A DNA stretch of 64,000 nt from Auanema rhodensis (Eukaryota > Animalia > Nematoda). Shown piece by piece: positions 27,794 to 40,100 of this stretch (its first letter is position 1; every line of letters begins with the position of its first letter). The notes under the pieces are model-generated. The model searched no databases. It saw nothing but the letters and a program-made list of their open reading frames with translations, and had not been told where the DNA came from. The translations under genes were made by a program, and so were the position numbers. The DNA lies in NCBI GenBank assembly GCA_964057225.1, contig OZ059896.1, forward strand, positions 13,826,001-13,890,000. The letters run 5' to 3'.

Positions 27794-28306
27794 CTACAAA
27801 GGTCTTTTACGTTTTATATCTCCACAAACCACTCCATGATGCGTATCCGCCTTACATCTATAGCAGGATACCTCGCATATCGCTGGATGTTTTTGATTCA
27901 AACATCTGATGCATAACCCCAGTTCATGAAGACGGAGAGTGCGTTCCGGTGAGGAAGGATAAATCGGACAGGCCGCAGTACGGTGCCCATCAGCTGTCGG
28001 TTTATTGCAGAATACACATGAAGCTTTAGGAGCAGTCTGAATGGTCAAATTGTCTAGTTTCAGATTTAACGAATGTTGAATATTGTCCAGTCGTTCGGAT
28101 AGATGGTTCACCGCGCTAGCTAGGTGCTCGTAGAGCCTCTTTTCAAGCACAATTAGTTGCCTCAGATTGGCAGCAGTGTTAGGTAGATGGGAATATTTTT
28201 TGAGCTCTTCCTCAAAGGAAGCATTCTCAATTATATTCGAGACAATATCTTCCATTTTCATGGAATATAGGAAAGACATGATCTGCATCCTTATATACAT
28301 GTTCAC
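27794..28306 (-). CDS. Accessory 3' ORF of copy 1, 170 aa: predicted coiled coil plus three Cys/His zinc knuckles
   Basis: CVFCNKPTADGHRTAAC, CIRCLNQKHPAIC, CYRCKADTHHGVVC; intact in both element copies. Confidence 0.8.
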   Translation of the reverse strand: MNMYIRMQIMSFLYSMKMEDIVSNIIENASFEEELKKYSHLPNTAANLRQLIVLEKRLYEHLASAVNHLSERLDNIQHSLNLKLDNLTIQTAPKASCVFCNKPTADGHRTAACPIYPSSPERTLRLHELGLCIRCLNQKHPAICEVSCYRCKADTHHGVVCGDIKRKRPL

Positions 28307-28602
28307 ATCTGGACTTTAAACGCTGATTAACATCTATTAGTTCATTGTACAATGGTGTGTTTAGGTTATCTTGTTACAGATACAATGAATTTTAGAGCCT
28401 GTACAAAAGGTTATGTGTTATGTAACTGAGTTGGATAAAAGAAACTTGATACTACCATAAATTGAAAAGAAAGAAAAACAATGATATTGTTTTATTACAA
28501 TGGTTATATTCGTACATAATGCTTTCTTTTTCTTTTGTTTCATTATTATTTCAATTTTTAATTTTAAATTTTATCTCCACAAGAAATTCTTCTCTTATGC
28601 TT

Positions 28603-31600
28603 TTAAAATCTTTGATCCCGAAATAAGGCTTTTGATTTTATCCACAGTGTGAATATCCTGGTAGCTATCCATTGTGTGGTTAAGACTGTATTCAAAACTA
28701 CACAGTACATGATGGGTGTACATGCCACATATCCTATGGTGGCGGTTATTGCAACACCTATCAATATGATTCCCAACTTTGATAAAATTAACTTGAAGAT
28801 TGGAGCAAAGTCAATGGATTTGGATTCTGTACCCTTACTTGAGTCACTTTCGTTTATTTCATCTATGCTTGCTATGTGATGTAATATTCCTTTAATAATG
28901 ATCTTAATTTTTTTATTGTCGCATGTGGTATAGCATAATTCATCAATCTGAGAATTTTCTCTTTTCATTGTTACTTTTGTGATTGCTACTTTTGGAGAGC
29001 ATTTTATCATGAATACTTCTTTTTGACATTCGATAGAAATCCATGTTTCTTCTGCCGTAAGGCATTGGAATTCTGCGAATGCACCCTGCCCGCAGGAGTA
29101 GCAACCTGATAGTTTTGTCAGGGCAGGTGCGCAAGGCAAATTGTTGGAGAAGATCACTGAGTTTAAGAATAGGGATGAATCGACCGTAACTAAATTTTCG
29201 TCTAAATTCGTAGAGAATGATAACGTGTTATCTTTAGTTTTAAAGTTTTGGTTAGGAGATTTTATGTCTGATGTATTGGACATTTTTTCAAAAGTAGGGG
29301 TATCACACCTACATTTTATGTCATCAAATCTATTGAATGTGCAAGGGCAGAATGAGGATACTGTACAGTTATTAAAATGTTTTAATGCGGCTTCCTCTGT
29401 TCCACATTGAATTATTCCCTTTGTGTGTATATCCGTAATGTACGTGTTTTCTTTGGAGGAAAAAAATAATTTTGTGTACATTTCTGGAGGAGGTTGTGAT
29501 TGTGATAACGTTGTTATATTGAAAAGTTGTTCACGATTTTTCGTGTAAGGTTGTAGAGTGATATTGTAATTATTTTTCTGCTGGAGTAATGTTGTTTCTA
29601 TATTAAATACGGTTTGGGTGGACCAACTATCACAAGTATAGACTTCGTATACTTCCTCAGTGACGGGTATATGCTCTATTTTGTAGAAAAGGCACGGATC
29701 TGTCCAAATCATAGGACATGTGTAAAATCTTGCTGACGATGTGAAGCAACCTGATTGTGAAGGGAACGTATATGGTTGTAGTTCCTCGATTTTATTATGA
29801 AGCGAGTTAGTTTCACATGTTCCGTCACACGAGCCCCGGTGACGGCATCGTAATATGCTCAATATGTTGACGGTTGTCTGTCTAGTGAAGTATCTAGTAT
29901 TCTTCTGGCAGACATGTTCAGTATATAGTTTAGTTATTTTAAATTGACCAATTTCATGATTAGAATGCGTTATGGTAATGCATAATTGTTTTGTTCCGGG
30001 AGAAAATATGATATCTTGACTGTATTCGTGATAACAAGCTAAGTTGTCATCGCATCGTATGTTAACGAAGTGTTCAACATGAACATCGGAACATGAACTG
30101 CAGCTTCCAATACATAAAGCCAAGATGATTGCCAGTAACGATGGTAAAGATGTTTGCGACCCTCTAGTAAAGAGAGAGAATTTTGGTGGCTTTCTCGTAT
30201 GGTTTAAAATAGGGTAAATATGCTTTTGAAAGGTTTCATGATCCACAATATTAGCGTCTTGTGTGTTCGTTTGTTTTAATTGCAACGTATCATTGTGGTC
30301 TTCTGTTATTTTTTGATCAGTTTCATGATCTTCTTGTTCGGAGATTGTTTTATGTTTTAATTTCATGATGTTGAGCATGGTTTGAGTGTTTCTGGACCAT
30401 GTCTTATATCTATATTGGCTGTAACCCATGCGGCATAGACAAGAGACTATGAGGGTAACTGCCATAATGGTTATTATCACTGTCCATGTTGCCATTTCTG
30501 GGGAGCAATGAGGATTCGCTATAAGTTTTGTGGTGAACATGTTAGAGTCCTTGCAACTATTGATTTCTTCGGCATACGTCGAAGTAATTATAATCGGTAA
30601 TGAAAGGGCTTTCATTATGTCAGCTGCTATTTTTGGGTTTATTTTATTTTTTCTTTGGTGTGTGGCATAGGACATTTTTAGTGGGAAGGCTTTTATATTT
30701 TCCTTCTCAGTGACCTCATCTTGTTCTGTATATTTTGCTGTTTTTACTGATGATAGCTTTGTTTTATTTTGAGGTCGATCATTTGTTGCATCCTCATTAT
30801 TCTCTGTTTCTGGAGTGTATGTATTATCATGTTGAGAGTTATCTGATTCATATGCAATATCGTAATTATGGTTGCTATCATTTATGTTATTGTTCTCATG
30901 TATTGTTTCATCTGTATGTTCTATAGGATGATCGGAGTGTATGTTGTCTAATACGGTATCAGTATGTGGTATTCTATCTGTTGAGCTATTATTTTCTTGG
31001 ACTATGTGTGAGTTGTCTTCTATGATTTTGTTGTTGCTAGTGTTGCATCTTATCTCTAGTGGATAGAGCTGATTGATAGATCGAGTAATTATGTTTCCGT
31101 TGCTTGTTGCAACTTTTGCTGAACGTATGTTGCCATCTGAACTAGTGATTGTTTTAATGATGCGACCTAGTTTCCATGTTCCTCGTGGCAACATGTCGTT
31201 TTGTATCAATACTATTTCATCTGGTTGGGGGAAGATGTTTGTGTGATTTTTTCTATGGTGTTTATGCTTAAATATAACTTTTAAGCTTGTTAGATATTCT
31301 TCTTGAAATCGTTTCCAAAATTTAGATGCTGAGTCTTCTGATAATTGAAGCGCTTCTAGCGCTTGCTCTGTTGATTGAATCGTTTGAATATCGCTATGGA
31401 TATCAAATATATGAGTATCCGCGTTGTTTTCAGGTAATGAAAACTTTATGGCTGATGTTAAAAAGTCAATTGGCCTTATGGGTAGAGTATCTAAATTATC
31501 TGGGTGTGGATGGGTGAGTGGGCGTGTATTAATTATAGCTTCTATTTTTACAATGGCTGTGTGTAAGTCATCCAGGGACATTCGACTAGGAATGAAACAT

Positions 31601-34600
31601 TTTTTGAGTGAAGCTTTGGTTACACCTACTAAACGTTCCCAACATCCACCTTTCCAGGGTGATAATGGAGTGTTGTATATCCATTTAATTTTTTGTTGTG
31701 CTAGTGTGTTTAGTAAGCTTCTTTCGTTGTAATCCGATGTTTTTTCAAGGGTTTCTAATATTTTTGAGCTCAATATAAAGTTTCCTGCGCAGTCACTACG
31801 CATAATTTCTGGAGTACCTCTGCGTGATATAAATCTAGTGAATGCATTCATAAAAGCAACTGTGGATTGATTGGTGACTACCTCTAAGTGAATTGCTCTA
31901 GTTGTCATGCATGTAAACAGACAGATATGGACTTTAGACCCATTTCGAAGGGTGAAGGGGCCCATAAGATCACACCCTGTTGAAAAGAATGCTCTTGTAA
32001 GAATCGTTCTATCTTTTGGTAGCGATGGCATATCTGGTAATTCATAAGGGTGTGATTGAAATCTTTTACATGTCACACAGTTTTTCAATGTTTGCTTAAT
32101 GACTCCGGTTGTTTTTGGTATATAGAACTTTTGTCTGAGTTGAATAAGCGTGAAATGTTTGCCTTGATGATTATTGTCTTTGTGTATTTTGTTGATCAGT
32201 TTTTTAACTATGGGGTTTGTTTTAAGAAGGAATATAGGGTTTTTCGTCTCTTCGGGAAGAAGAGTATTTTGTAAACGGCTTCTTACGCGATAAATATCCC
32301 ATGTATCTTTGAAGAATTTTAGATTTATATGTCTTTGCTGTAAGTCATCAAGGCTCATATTAGATTGACTGTTACTGATCAAAATTTTTTCAATAATGTT
32401 GATGTCTTCAACAGTGTGCGTGTCTGTTGATGTGAGATGTTTTATTTTTTGCAACTTGTTGGCGTCGTTAGGATGGACTGTGAAAAACCATTTCTTGAAT
32501 AATTTCCCTACGGTTGTCATTGTTTTGATCACGTCATCATAGTTTTCACGAATGTTCCAAATATCATGGGTTGGAGGATTGTCTATGATTATGTGGACAA
32601 CATTGTGATGCTCCGATTTTAATTCTGCGTTATTCCTGCTCGAGTTGTTAGGTGAGCCGAGTGATGTCAGAGGGTTATGCACGGAAAGTTTAGTTAACCA
32701 ATGTGGGCCTTCAATCCAGTCGGAAACTTGTAGTTTTTCCATTTCTGCACCTCGAGATCCGATGTCTGCTGTGTTGAACGAGGTTTGTACGTGATATAGT
32801 TCTATATTGCAACATATTTGTTCGATTTGCTTGAGCTGTTTCTTTATAGTATTTGTTTGATTATTAATGAACAGTGGGAGAGATTTTTGTGAGACAATCC
32901 ATGATAGTGCGATGTTGCTATCGCTCACAATGTTAACTTTCGCTATTTTCGGACATATGGTGACGATAGATAATGCCATTCGTACAGCTAAACGAATGGC
33001 TAGTAACTCTAATCGTGGAATTGTAGTTTTATTTTTGGGTGCTATGCGTGATTTCCCGTTGAGCAGAGAACTAATCTTCCCATTTGTTTGGAAATATGAA
33101 CAAGCGGCCATTGCTTGGTTGCTTGCGTCAGCGAAGACCCATAACTGTGTTTCATGTTCAGAAAACTTAAAATATCTGTTCATGGTTAATTGCTTATTGT
33201 TAATCTGAGTAATATGTTGTTCCCATTGCTTGATACTGTTTGAGTCAATGGGTTGGTCCCATGATAATTTTGTGCTAATGATTTCTCGCAAGATAAGTTT
33301 GAGGGGTAACAGTATTGGTGCTGATAATCCAATGGGATCAAATATTGAATGTAACTGACTGAGTAGAATTCTCTTGGTGTAACTTGTGTGAGTCGTTGTT
33401 ATTTTTATTGGGATAATGAAGGAGTCGTGTTCTTTATTAAAAGATATGCCAAGTATTTTGGTTGTCATGTTCGGATATCTGTCTTCTTCAGGAAGGTTCT
33501 GTATTACTTGTTCATCGTTTGACAAGAATTCGCGAACATGCATGTTTATTTCTGAGAATAGTGTTTGGGTTTCTTTACATTTCTTTATAGCTTCTTCGGT
33601 TGTATTTGCTGTAAGAATGATATTGTCGACGTATAAGTTGTGCAGGATTTCCATAGCTAATGGGTTGTCTACTTTTGATTCTAAGAACCATTTTATGCCC
33701 ATGTTCAATACGCTGGGGGATGCAGTGATACCGAATGGTAATCTGTTGAATCGAAGGGTTATGATATTATTGTGTGATATTGGGTATTCTTTGTTTTTTA
33801 TCCAAAAGAATTTGCATAAATTCTTGTGATTTTCTGTCAATTGTACTTGTAGAAATGCGGCTTTAATATCGCATGTTATTATTATTGGTCTTGTTCTGCA
33901 GGAGATCATGATGTCGTGTATATATGTGATAAATGATCGTCCTGTGTGTATTATCTCATTCAACGATGGGCTATCCTTCTGTTTAGCGGAGGCGTCAAAA
34001 ACGATTCTGAGAGGGTTAGCCTTGCTGGGCTTCCAAACCCCATGGTGGGGCATATAAAACTCTAAAGGCTCCTGGTGATTGTTGGGAATTTGTTCGACAA
34101 TGTTATCTTTGAGGTAACTTTCAATGGTTGTAGTATAGTGTGAGAGCATTTCTGGATTGTGCAGTAACTTTCGCCATAGGGATACGAATCTATGGTACGC
34201 GGGCATTTTGTTGTTTTTGAGATTTTTGAAGTTATTTTTTAACGGGAACGGTGCAATAATACGGTTGTTCTCAATTTTTATATCTTTTGAGTATTCTTCA
34301 TAGTAATCAATAGTGCGGTCTGCGTTGGCATTTTCTGTATTGATGCCGATAGAATCCAGTTCAAACAGATTAGTGAGGAGTTCTTTATGAGAGGTTTCTT
34401 TTGTTATCTCTTCTAATGTAGAGCATAATATTACTTCTTGTTGTGTATTATCATCGGGAAGAGGAGCTTCCCCATGTATCATGTGGCCGAATACCGAGTT
34501 TTTCAATCTCATACGTGAGGGGAGTTCGGTTTCTTCGTTTAAGTGCATGAATAGTTTGTATCTATCCATACCTATCAGTATATCCGGAGTAAATGATTCT

Positions 34601-36533
34601 CCGTTTGTTTTTGGATTGGCTAATTTAATTTTTCTTCTTTGTATGAATTTTAAGTCTTCATTAGATAGTTTAGGACACCGTATAGGTGTGGTTAACATGG
34701 GTTTTGTGAACAGTTTTGTTACGATAAGGGATCCAGTTGAGGTTCCAATAATTACCTTAACATCTTCAACTTCATGTGTTTCTGATAATGCTCCAATGCC
34801 GTAAAAGGTTCTCTTCTGAGAACCAAGAATGGGCAGTCCTAATCTTGTAGATAGGTCCTTGGATATAAAAGATCTCATGGATCCTTCATCTATGAGCATG
34901 CGTACTTGCTCATATTTTTTACTATTGTGGTTGTATATGTTCGCCATTGCTGTTCGTAATATTACTTGACTTTCTTCAATATTATGTGTGTCAGCAATGT
35001 GATTAAGCGATACTGGTGCATTAAGTGCCTCAGTAGGGATTCGATTATTAGTGTCAGATTCTTGTTTATATTCTGTTGTTTTTTTATTCAATAATTCTTC
35101 TGTGGTGATCAGTAAAGCCTGATCTTTTTTAATTGTGGGAGTTTCTTTATCTTTTTGGATATTTTGTACACTTTTTCTTCCTTGTGAGCACAAGGCGGAA
35201 TTATGATCTCCTTGGCAATTGCGACATTTTTGTTTTCTGCATTCCGAACTTTTGTGTTTATCGGAAAAGCAAATCCAACAGATGGCCTTTCCGCGAATGC
35301 GGTACCTTCTTTTCTCTGGTGTTTCAAATGTGGTGCATTGATAAAAACGATGCTCGGATGAGTCGCAAAAGACACATGGCCAAGTTTGGGTTTTCCGTTG
35401 TTCTGCAGTGCTGTCTTTATGTGAAACAGATGTGACATTGTCTTTGTGATTTCGAAACTTTTGTTCATGACTATTTCTTGTTTGTTCTTTTAGAAAAAAG
35501 GAATAGATTTTGTGGTCTACAGCTGTCAGCATTTCTTTAGTAGAATGGTAGTTGTTTGGATGAATTAGAATGTCTTCCACGATGTGGTATGGGAATTTGT
35601 TGAGAATCATCGCGGTACACATTTCGCGGGATACTGTAGCTCCGGCTGCTTCAATTTGCCTGATAAGTGCCTTGGTTTCTCCAAATGTTTCTTTGCATGC
35701 TTTTGCATTATTGCTTGCAAATTTCAAATTACGTAGTTGTGTCAAAAGAGAGTTGATATCCGACGAATAGTCTCCAAATTCAGAAACTAATGCTTCACGC
35801 ATAAGCTCATAATTTTGAGCAGAGGGTTCTATTCCTCTGATTGCTATTTGTGAATCGCCTTTGAGGCTTTCACAGAGTAGGTTTACCTTTTCTAAGGTTG
35901 TAAACTGTTCATTATCATGAACAAGTCTATCAAAACGGCCCCAGAATGATTTGAAGTTCTCTGGTTTGCCATCAAATGTAGGTAGCGACATCGCTGGTTT
36001 TTGGATACTAGTTTGTTGGATGTGTAGGAATGACTTGATAATTTCCAGAAATTGATCATTCGATTTGTTTTCTGTTTCATTGTTTTCTGTTGAGCGATTG
36101 CTGTTGTGCTCAGATTCATTCTTATGAAGCGTTTTTCTCAGCTTTCTAAGTATGCGTTCGGCTTTCATGATGTGTTCGTCAAGCTCAATAATGGCGTTTT
36201 GAACCTTTTTAATGTTGGGTTCAAAGTCTTCATCGGATGTGAAGGCGATGTACTGTTCGTCTAATGCTTTACGAAGCGTTTGTCTGATGCTTCGTAAAAT
36301 TTTTGGAATTTTTTCTCGTTATCTTGATGATTTTTCAACGATTCTTTGAATTGGTGTTGGACTTTTGTCCAGCGAATGATAAGGCAAGAGAGGGTTTCCT
36401 CTTCTTCCTCAGTGTGGAAGTCGCAATCTACCAGAATACCAGGAAGGTCCTTCACTTCCATCTCGTATCGTGTAAGTAATTCTCCGAGAAACTGGTTAGA
36501 CTGTTTGATATGATTGACAAAAAGGAGTGACAT
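28603..36533 (-). CDS. Gag-Pol-Env polyprotein of copy 1, with a 1-bp frameshift at ~36280 near the gag N-terminus
   Basis: ORFs 36261-36662 (MSLLFVNH from ATG 36533) and 28603-36168 together match the 2643-aa ORF of copy 2; GAAGCGTTTGTC here versus GAAGCGTTTTGTC in copy 2. Confidence 0.93.
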
Positions 36534-36796
36534 TTTTGTCGTAGATGTAGGAATAATGCTTATATTCCTTTTACTTTCTCTTTTTTTTTTGTTTGTTTGG
36601 TGATCACAGTATATGTGATAGTGAATCTCTGTTTCTGTCTGCAGAGTTTGCTTATGGTTCAAGTCTTTTTGGTGTGACTTGACGTGGACTAATGGTTGCC
36701 ACGATTTCTATTAAGTATGTTTTTTGCTCAAACACGCTTGGTTTGAGCTGTATCTCACCTGCCACGCGGGACTTGAAGCGGCTAAGATCTGAACTA

Positions 36797-36808
36797 GCCG
36801 ATGCACCA
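36797..36808 (-). promoter_or_regulatory. Primer-binding site TGGTGCATCGGC, complementary to the 3' end of tRNA-Gly(GCC)
   Basis: 3 nt downstream of the 5' LTR on the minus strand; the + strand reads GCCGATGCACCA, the 3' end of invertebrate tRNA-Gly-GCC plus CCA. Confidence 0.88.
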
Positions 36809-36811
36809 ATT

Positions 36812-37055
36812 TGTGGCGTTATACCGCAAGTGTATAGTATGGTTGGAAATAAAACACAAAGCGAATATGTAGAAAAGGGTTTATTGATGAATTAACAAGA
36901 CAAGCACGGAATAGAATCACTGACTGCGAACGTTAAAAAATGTAAGACTGATCTCTTCTCGTGGGCGGTCGTCAGCCTGAAACAAAGAGTTAGTCATGCC
37001 ACATGTATAACACAACATGTGGTATGGATAAAAATTACTTAGGAAGTTAGAAGAA

Positions 37056-37116
<61 letters not shown>

Positions 37117-37180
37117 AGAAACAAATAAAACAATTGTTGAAGATAAAAAAATTATACAAACTCACTCGCTTATCGCGACA
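36812..37180 (-). repeat. 5' LTR of copy 1 (369 bp)
   Basis: Direct repeat of 27397-27763, adjacent to the PBS. Confidence 0.96.
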
Positions 37181-40100
37181 AATTTGTATCTTCTTGAACT
37201 ATCTTCTTGAAGAAAATAGTCAAGGCGGAGTCTTTTGATCTAAATCGTCGGTTCCGTGGTGTAGCGGTTAGCACTCAGGACTCTGAATCCTGCGACCCGA
37301 GTTCAAATCTCGGCGGAACCTACTTTTTCATTTTTATCAGTTGGTCAATTTGTTTCTTCCTGAACTATCTTTTTGAAGAACATAGTCAAGGCGGAGTCTT
37401 TTGATCTAAATCGTCGGTTCCGTGGTGTAGCGGTTAGCACTCAGGACTCTGAATCCTGCGACCCGAGTTCAAATCTCGGCGGAACCTACTTTTTCATTTT
37501 TATCAGTTGGTCAATTTGTTTCTTCTTGAACTATCTTCTTGAAGAACATAAACAAGGCGGAGTCTTTTGATCTAAATCGTCGGTTCCGTGGTGTAGCGGT
37601 TAGCACTCAGGACTCTGAATCCTGCGACCCGAGTTCAAATCTCGGCGGAACCTACTTTTTCATTTTGATCAACTAGTCAATTTGTTTCTTCTTGAACTAT
37701 CTTCTTGAAGAAAATAGTCAAGGCGGAGTCTTTTGATCTAAATCGTCGGTTCCGTGGTGTAGCGGTTAGCACTCAGGACTCTGAATCCTGCGACCCGAGT
37801 TCAAATCTCGGCGGAATCTACTTTTTCTTTTTGATCAACTAGTCAATTTGTTTCTTCTTGAACTATCTTCTTGAAGAACATAAACAAGGCGGAGTCTTTT
37901 GATCTAAATCGTCGGTTCCGTGGTGTAGCGGTTAGCACTCAGGACTCTGAATCCTGCGACCCGAGTTCAAATCTCGGCGGAACCTACTTTTTCATTTTTA
38001 TCAGTTGGTCAATTTGTTTCTTCCTGAACTATCTTCTTGAAGAACATAGTCAAGGTGGAGTCTTTTGATCTAAATCGTCGGTTCCGTGGTGTAGCGGTTA
38101 GCACTCAGGACTTTGAATCCTGCGACCCGAGTTCAAATCTCGGCGGAACCTACTTTTTCATTTTTATCAGTTGGTCAATTTGTTTCTTCCTGAACTATCT
38201 TTTTGAAGAACATAGTCAAGGCGGAGTCTTTTGATCTAAATCGTCGGTTCCGTGGTGTAGCGGTTAGCACTCAGGACTCTGAATCCTGCGACCCGAGTTC
38301 AAATCTCGGCGGAACCTACTTTTTCATTTTTATCAGTTGGTCAATTTGTTTCTTCTTGAACTATCTTCTTGAAGAACATAGTCAAGGCGGAGTTTTTTGA
38401 TCTAAATCGTCGGTTCCGTGGTGTAGCGGTTAGCACTCAGGACTCTGAATCCTGCGACCCGAGTTCAAATCTCGGCGGAACCTACTTTTTCATTTTTATC
38501 AGTTGGTCAATTTGTTTCTTCTTGAACTATCTTCTTGAAGAAAATAGTCAAGGCGGAGTCTTTTGATCTAAATCGTCGGTTCCGTGGTGTAGCGGTTAGC
38601 ACTCAGGACTCTGAATCCTGCGACCCGAGTTCAAATCTCGGCGGAACCTAGTTTTTCATTTTTATCAGTTGGTCAATTTGTTTCTTCCTGAACTATCTTT
38701 TTGAAGAACATAGTCAAGGCGGAGTCTTTTGATCTAAATCGTCGGTTCCGTGGTGTAGCGGTTAGCACTCAGGACTCTGAATCCTGCGACCCGAGTTCAA
38801 ATCTCGGCGGAACCTACTTTTTCATTTTTATCAGTTGGTCAATTTGTTTCTTCTTGAACTATCTTCTTGAAGAACATAAACAAGGCGGAGTCTTTTGATC
38901 TAAATCGTCGGTTCCGTGGTGTAGCGGTTAGCACTCAGGACTCTGAATCCTGCGACCCGAGTTCAAATCTCGGCGGAACCTACTTTTTCATTTTTATCAG
39001 TTGGTCAATTTGTTTCTTCCTGAACTATCTTCTTGAAGAACATAGTCAAGGCGGAGTCTTTTGATCTAAATCGTCGGTTCCGTGGTGTAGCGGTTAGCAC
39101 TCAGGACTTTGAATCCTGCGACCCGAGTTCAAATCTCGGCGGAACCTACTTTTTCATTTTTATCAGTTGGTCAATTTGTTTCTTCCTGAACTATCTTTTT
39201 GAAGAACATAGTCAAGGCGGAGTCTTTTGATCTAAATCGTCGGTTCCGTGGTGTAGCGGTTAGCACTCAGGACTCTGAATCCTGCGACCCGAGTTCAAAT
39301 CTCGGCGGAACCTACTTTTTCATTTTTATCAGTTGGTCAATTTGTTTCTTCTTGAACTATCTTCTTGAAGAACATAGTCAAGGCGGAGTTTTTTGATCTA
39401 AATCGTCGGTTCCGTGGTGTAGCGGTTAGCACTCAGGACTCTGAATCCTGCGACCCGAGTTCAAATCTCGGCGGAACCTACTTTTTCATTTTTATCAGTT
39501 GGTCAATTTGTTTCTTCTTGAACTATCTTCTTGAAGAAAATAGTCAAGGCGGAGTCTTTTGATCTAAATCGTCGGTTCCGTGGTGTAGCGGTTAGCACTC
39601 AGGACTCTGAATCCTGCGACCCGAGTTCAAATCTCGGCGGAACCTAGTTTTTCATTTTTATCAGTTGGTCAATTTGTTTCTTCTTGAACTATCTTCTTGA
39701 AGAACATAGTCAACGGGGAGTCTTTTGATCTAAATCGTCGGTTCCGTGGTGTAGCGGTTAGCACTCAGGACTCTGAATCCTGCGACCCGAGTTCAAATCT
39801 CGGCGGAACCTACTTTTTCATTTTGATCAGTTGGTCAATTTGTTTCTTCTTGAACTATCTTCTTGAAGAACATAGTCAACGAGGAGTCTTTTGATCTAAA
39901 TCGTCGGTTCCGTGGTGTAGCGGTTAGCACTCAGGACTCTGAATCCTGCGACCCGAGTTCAAATATCGGCGGAACCTACTTTTTCATTTTGATCAACTAG
40001 TCAATTTGTTTCTTCTTGAACTATCTTCTTGAAGAACATAAACAAGGCGGAGTCTTTTGATCTAAATCGTCGGTTCCGTGGTGTAGCGGTTAGCACTCAG

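Larger units (their letters stand above)
27397..37180 (-). mobile_element. Full-length BEL/Pao (Belpaoviridae, Cer-like) env-bearing LTR retrotransposon, copy 1 (9784 bp), TSD AATTT
   Basis: TG...CA LTRs at 27397-27763 and 36812-37180; AATTT at 27392-27396 and 37181-37185; gag-PR-RT-RH-IN-env order. Confidence 0.97.

Noticed and set aside
36797-36808. Idea that the elements are primed by the surrounding tRNA-Gln
   Set aside because: A Gln primer would need TGGAGGTTCCG; the PBS is TGGTGCATCGGC, matching tRNA-Gly(GCC).
36730-36808. Functional element-encoded tRNA-Gly gene on the + strand
   Set aside because: Only the anticodon arm and 3' end match; there is no 5' acceptor strand, T loop or B box, so it is reported as an extended primer site instead.
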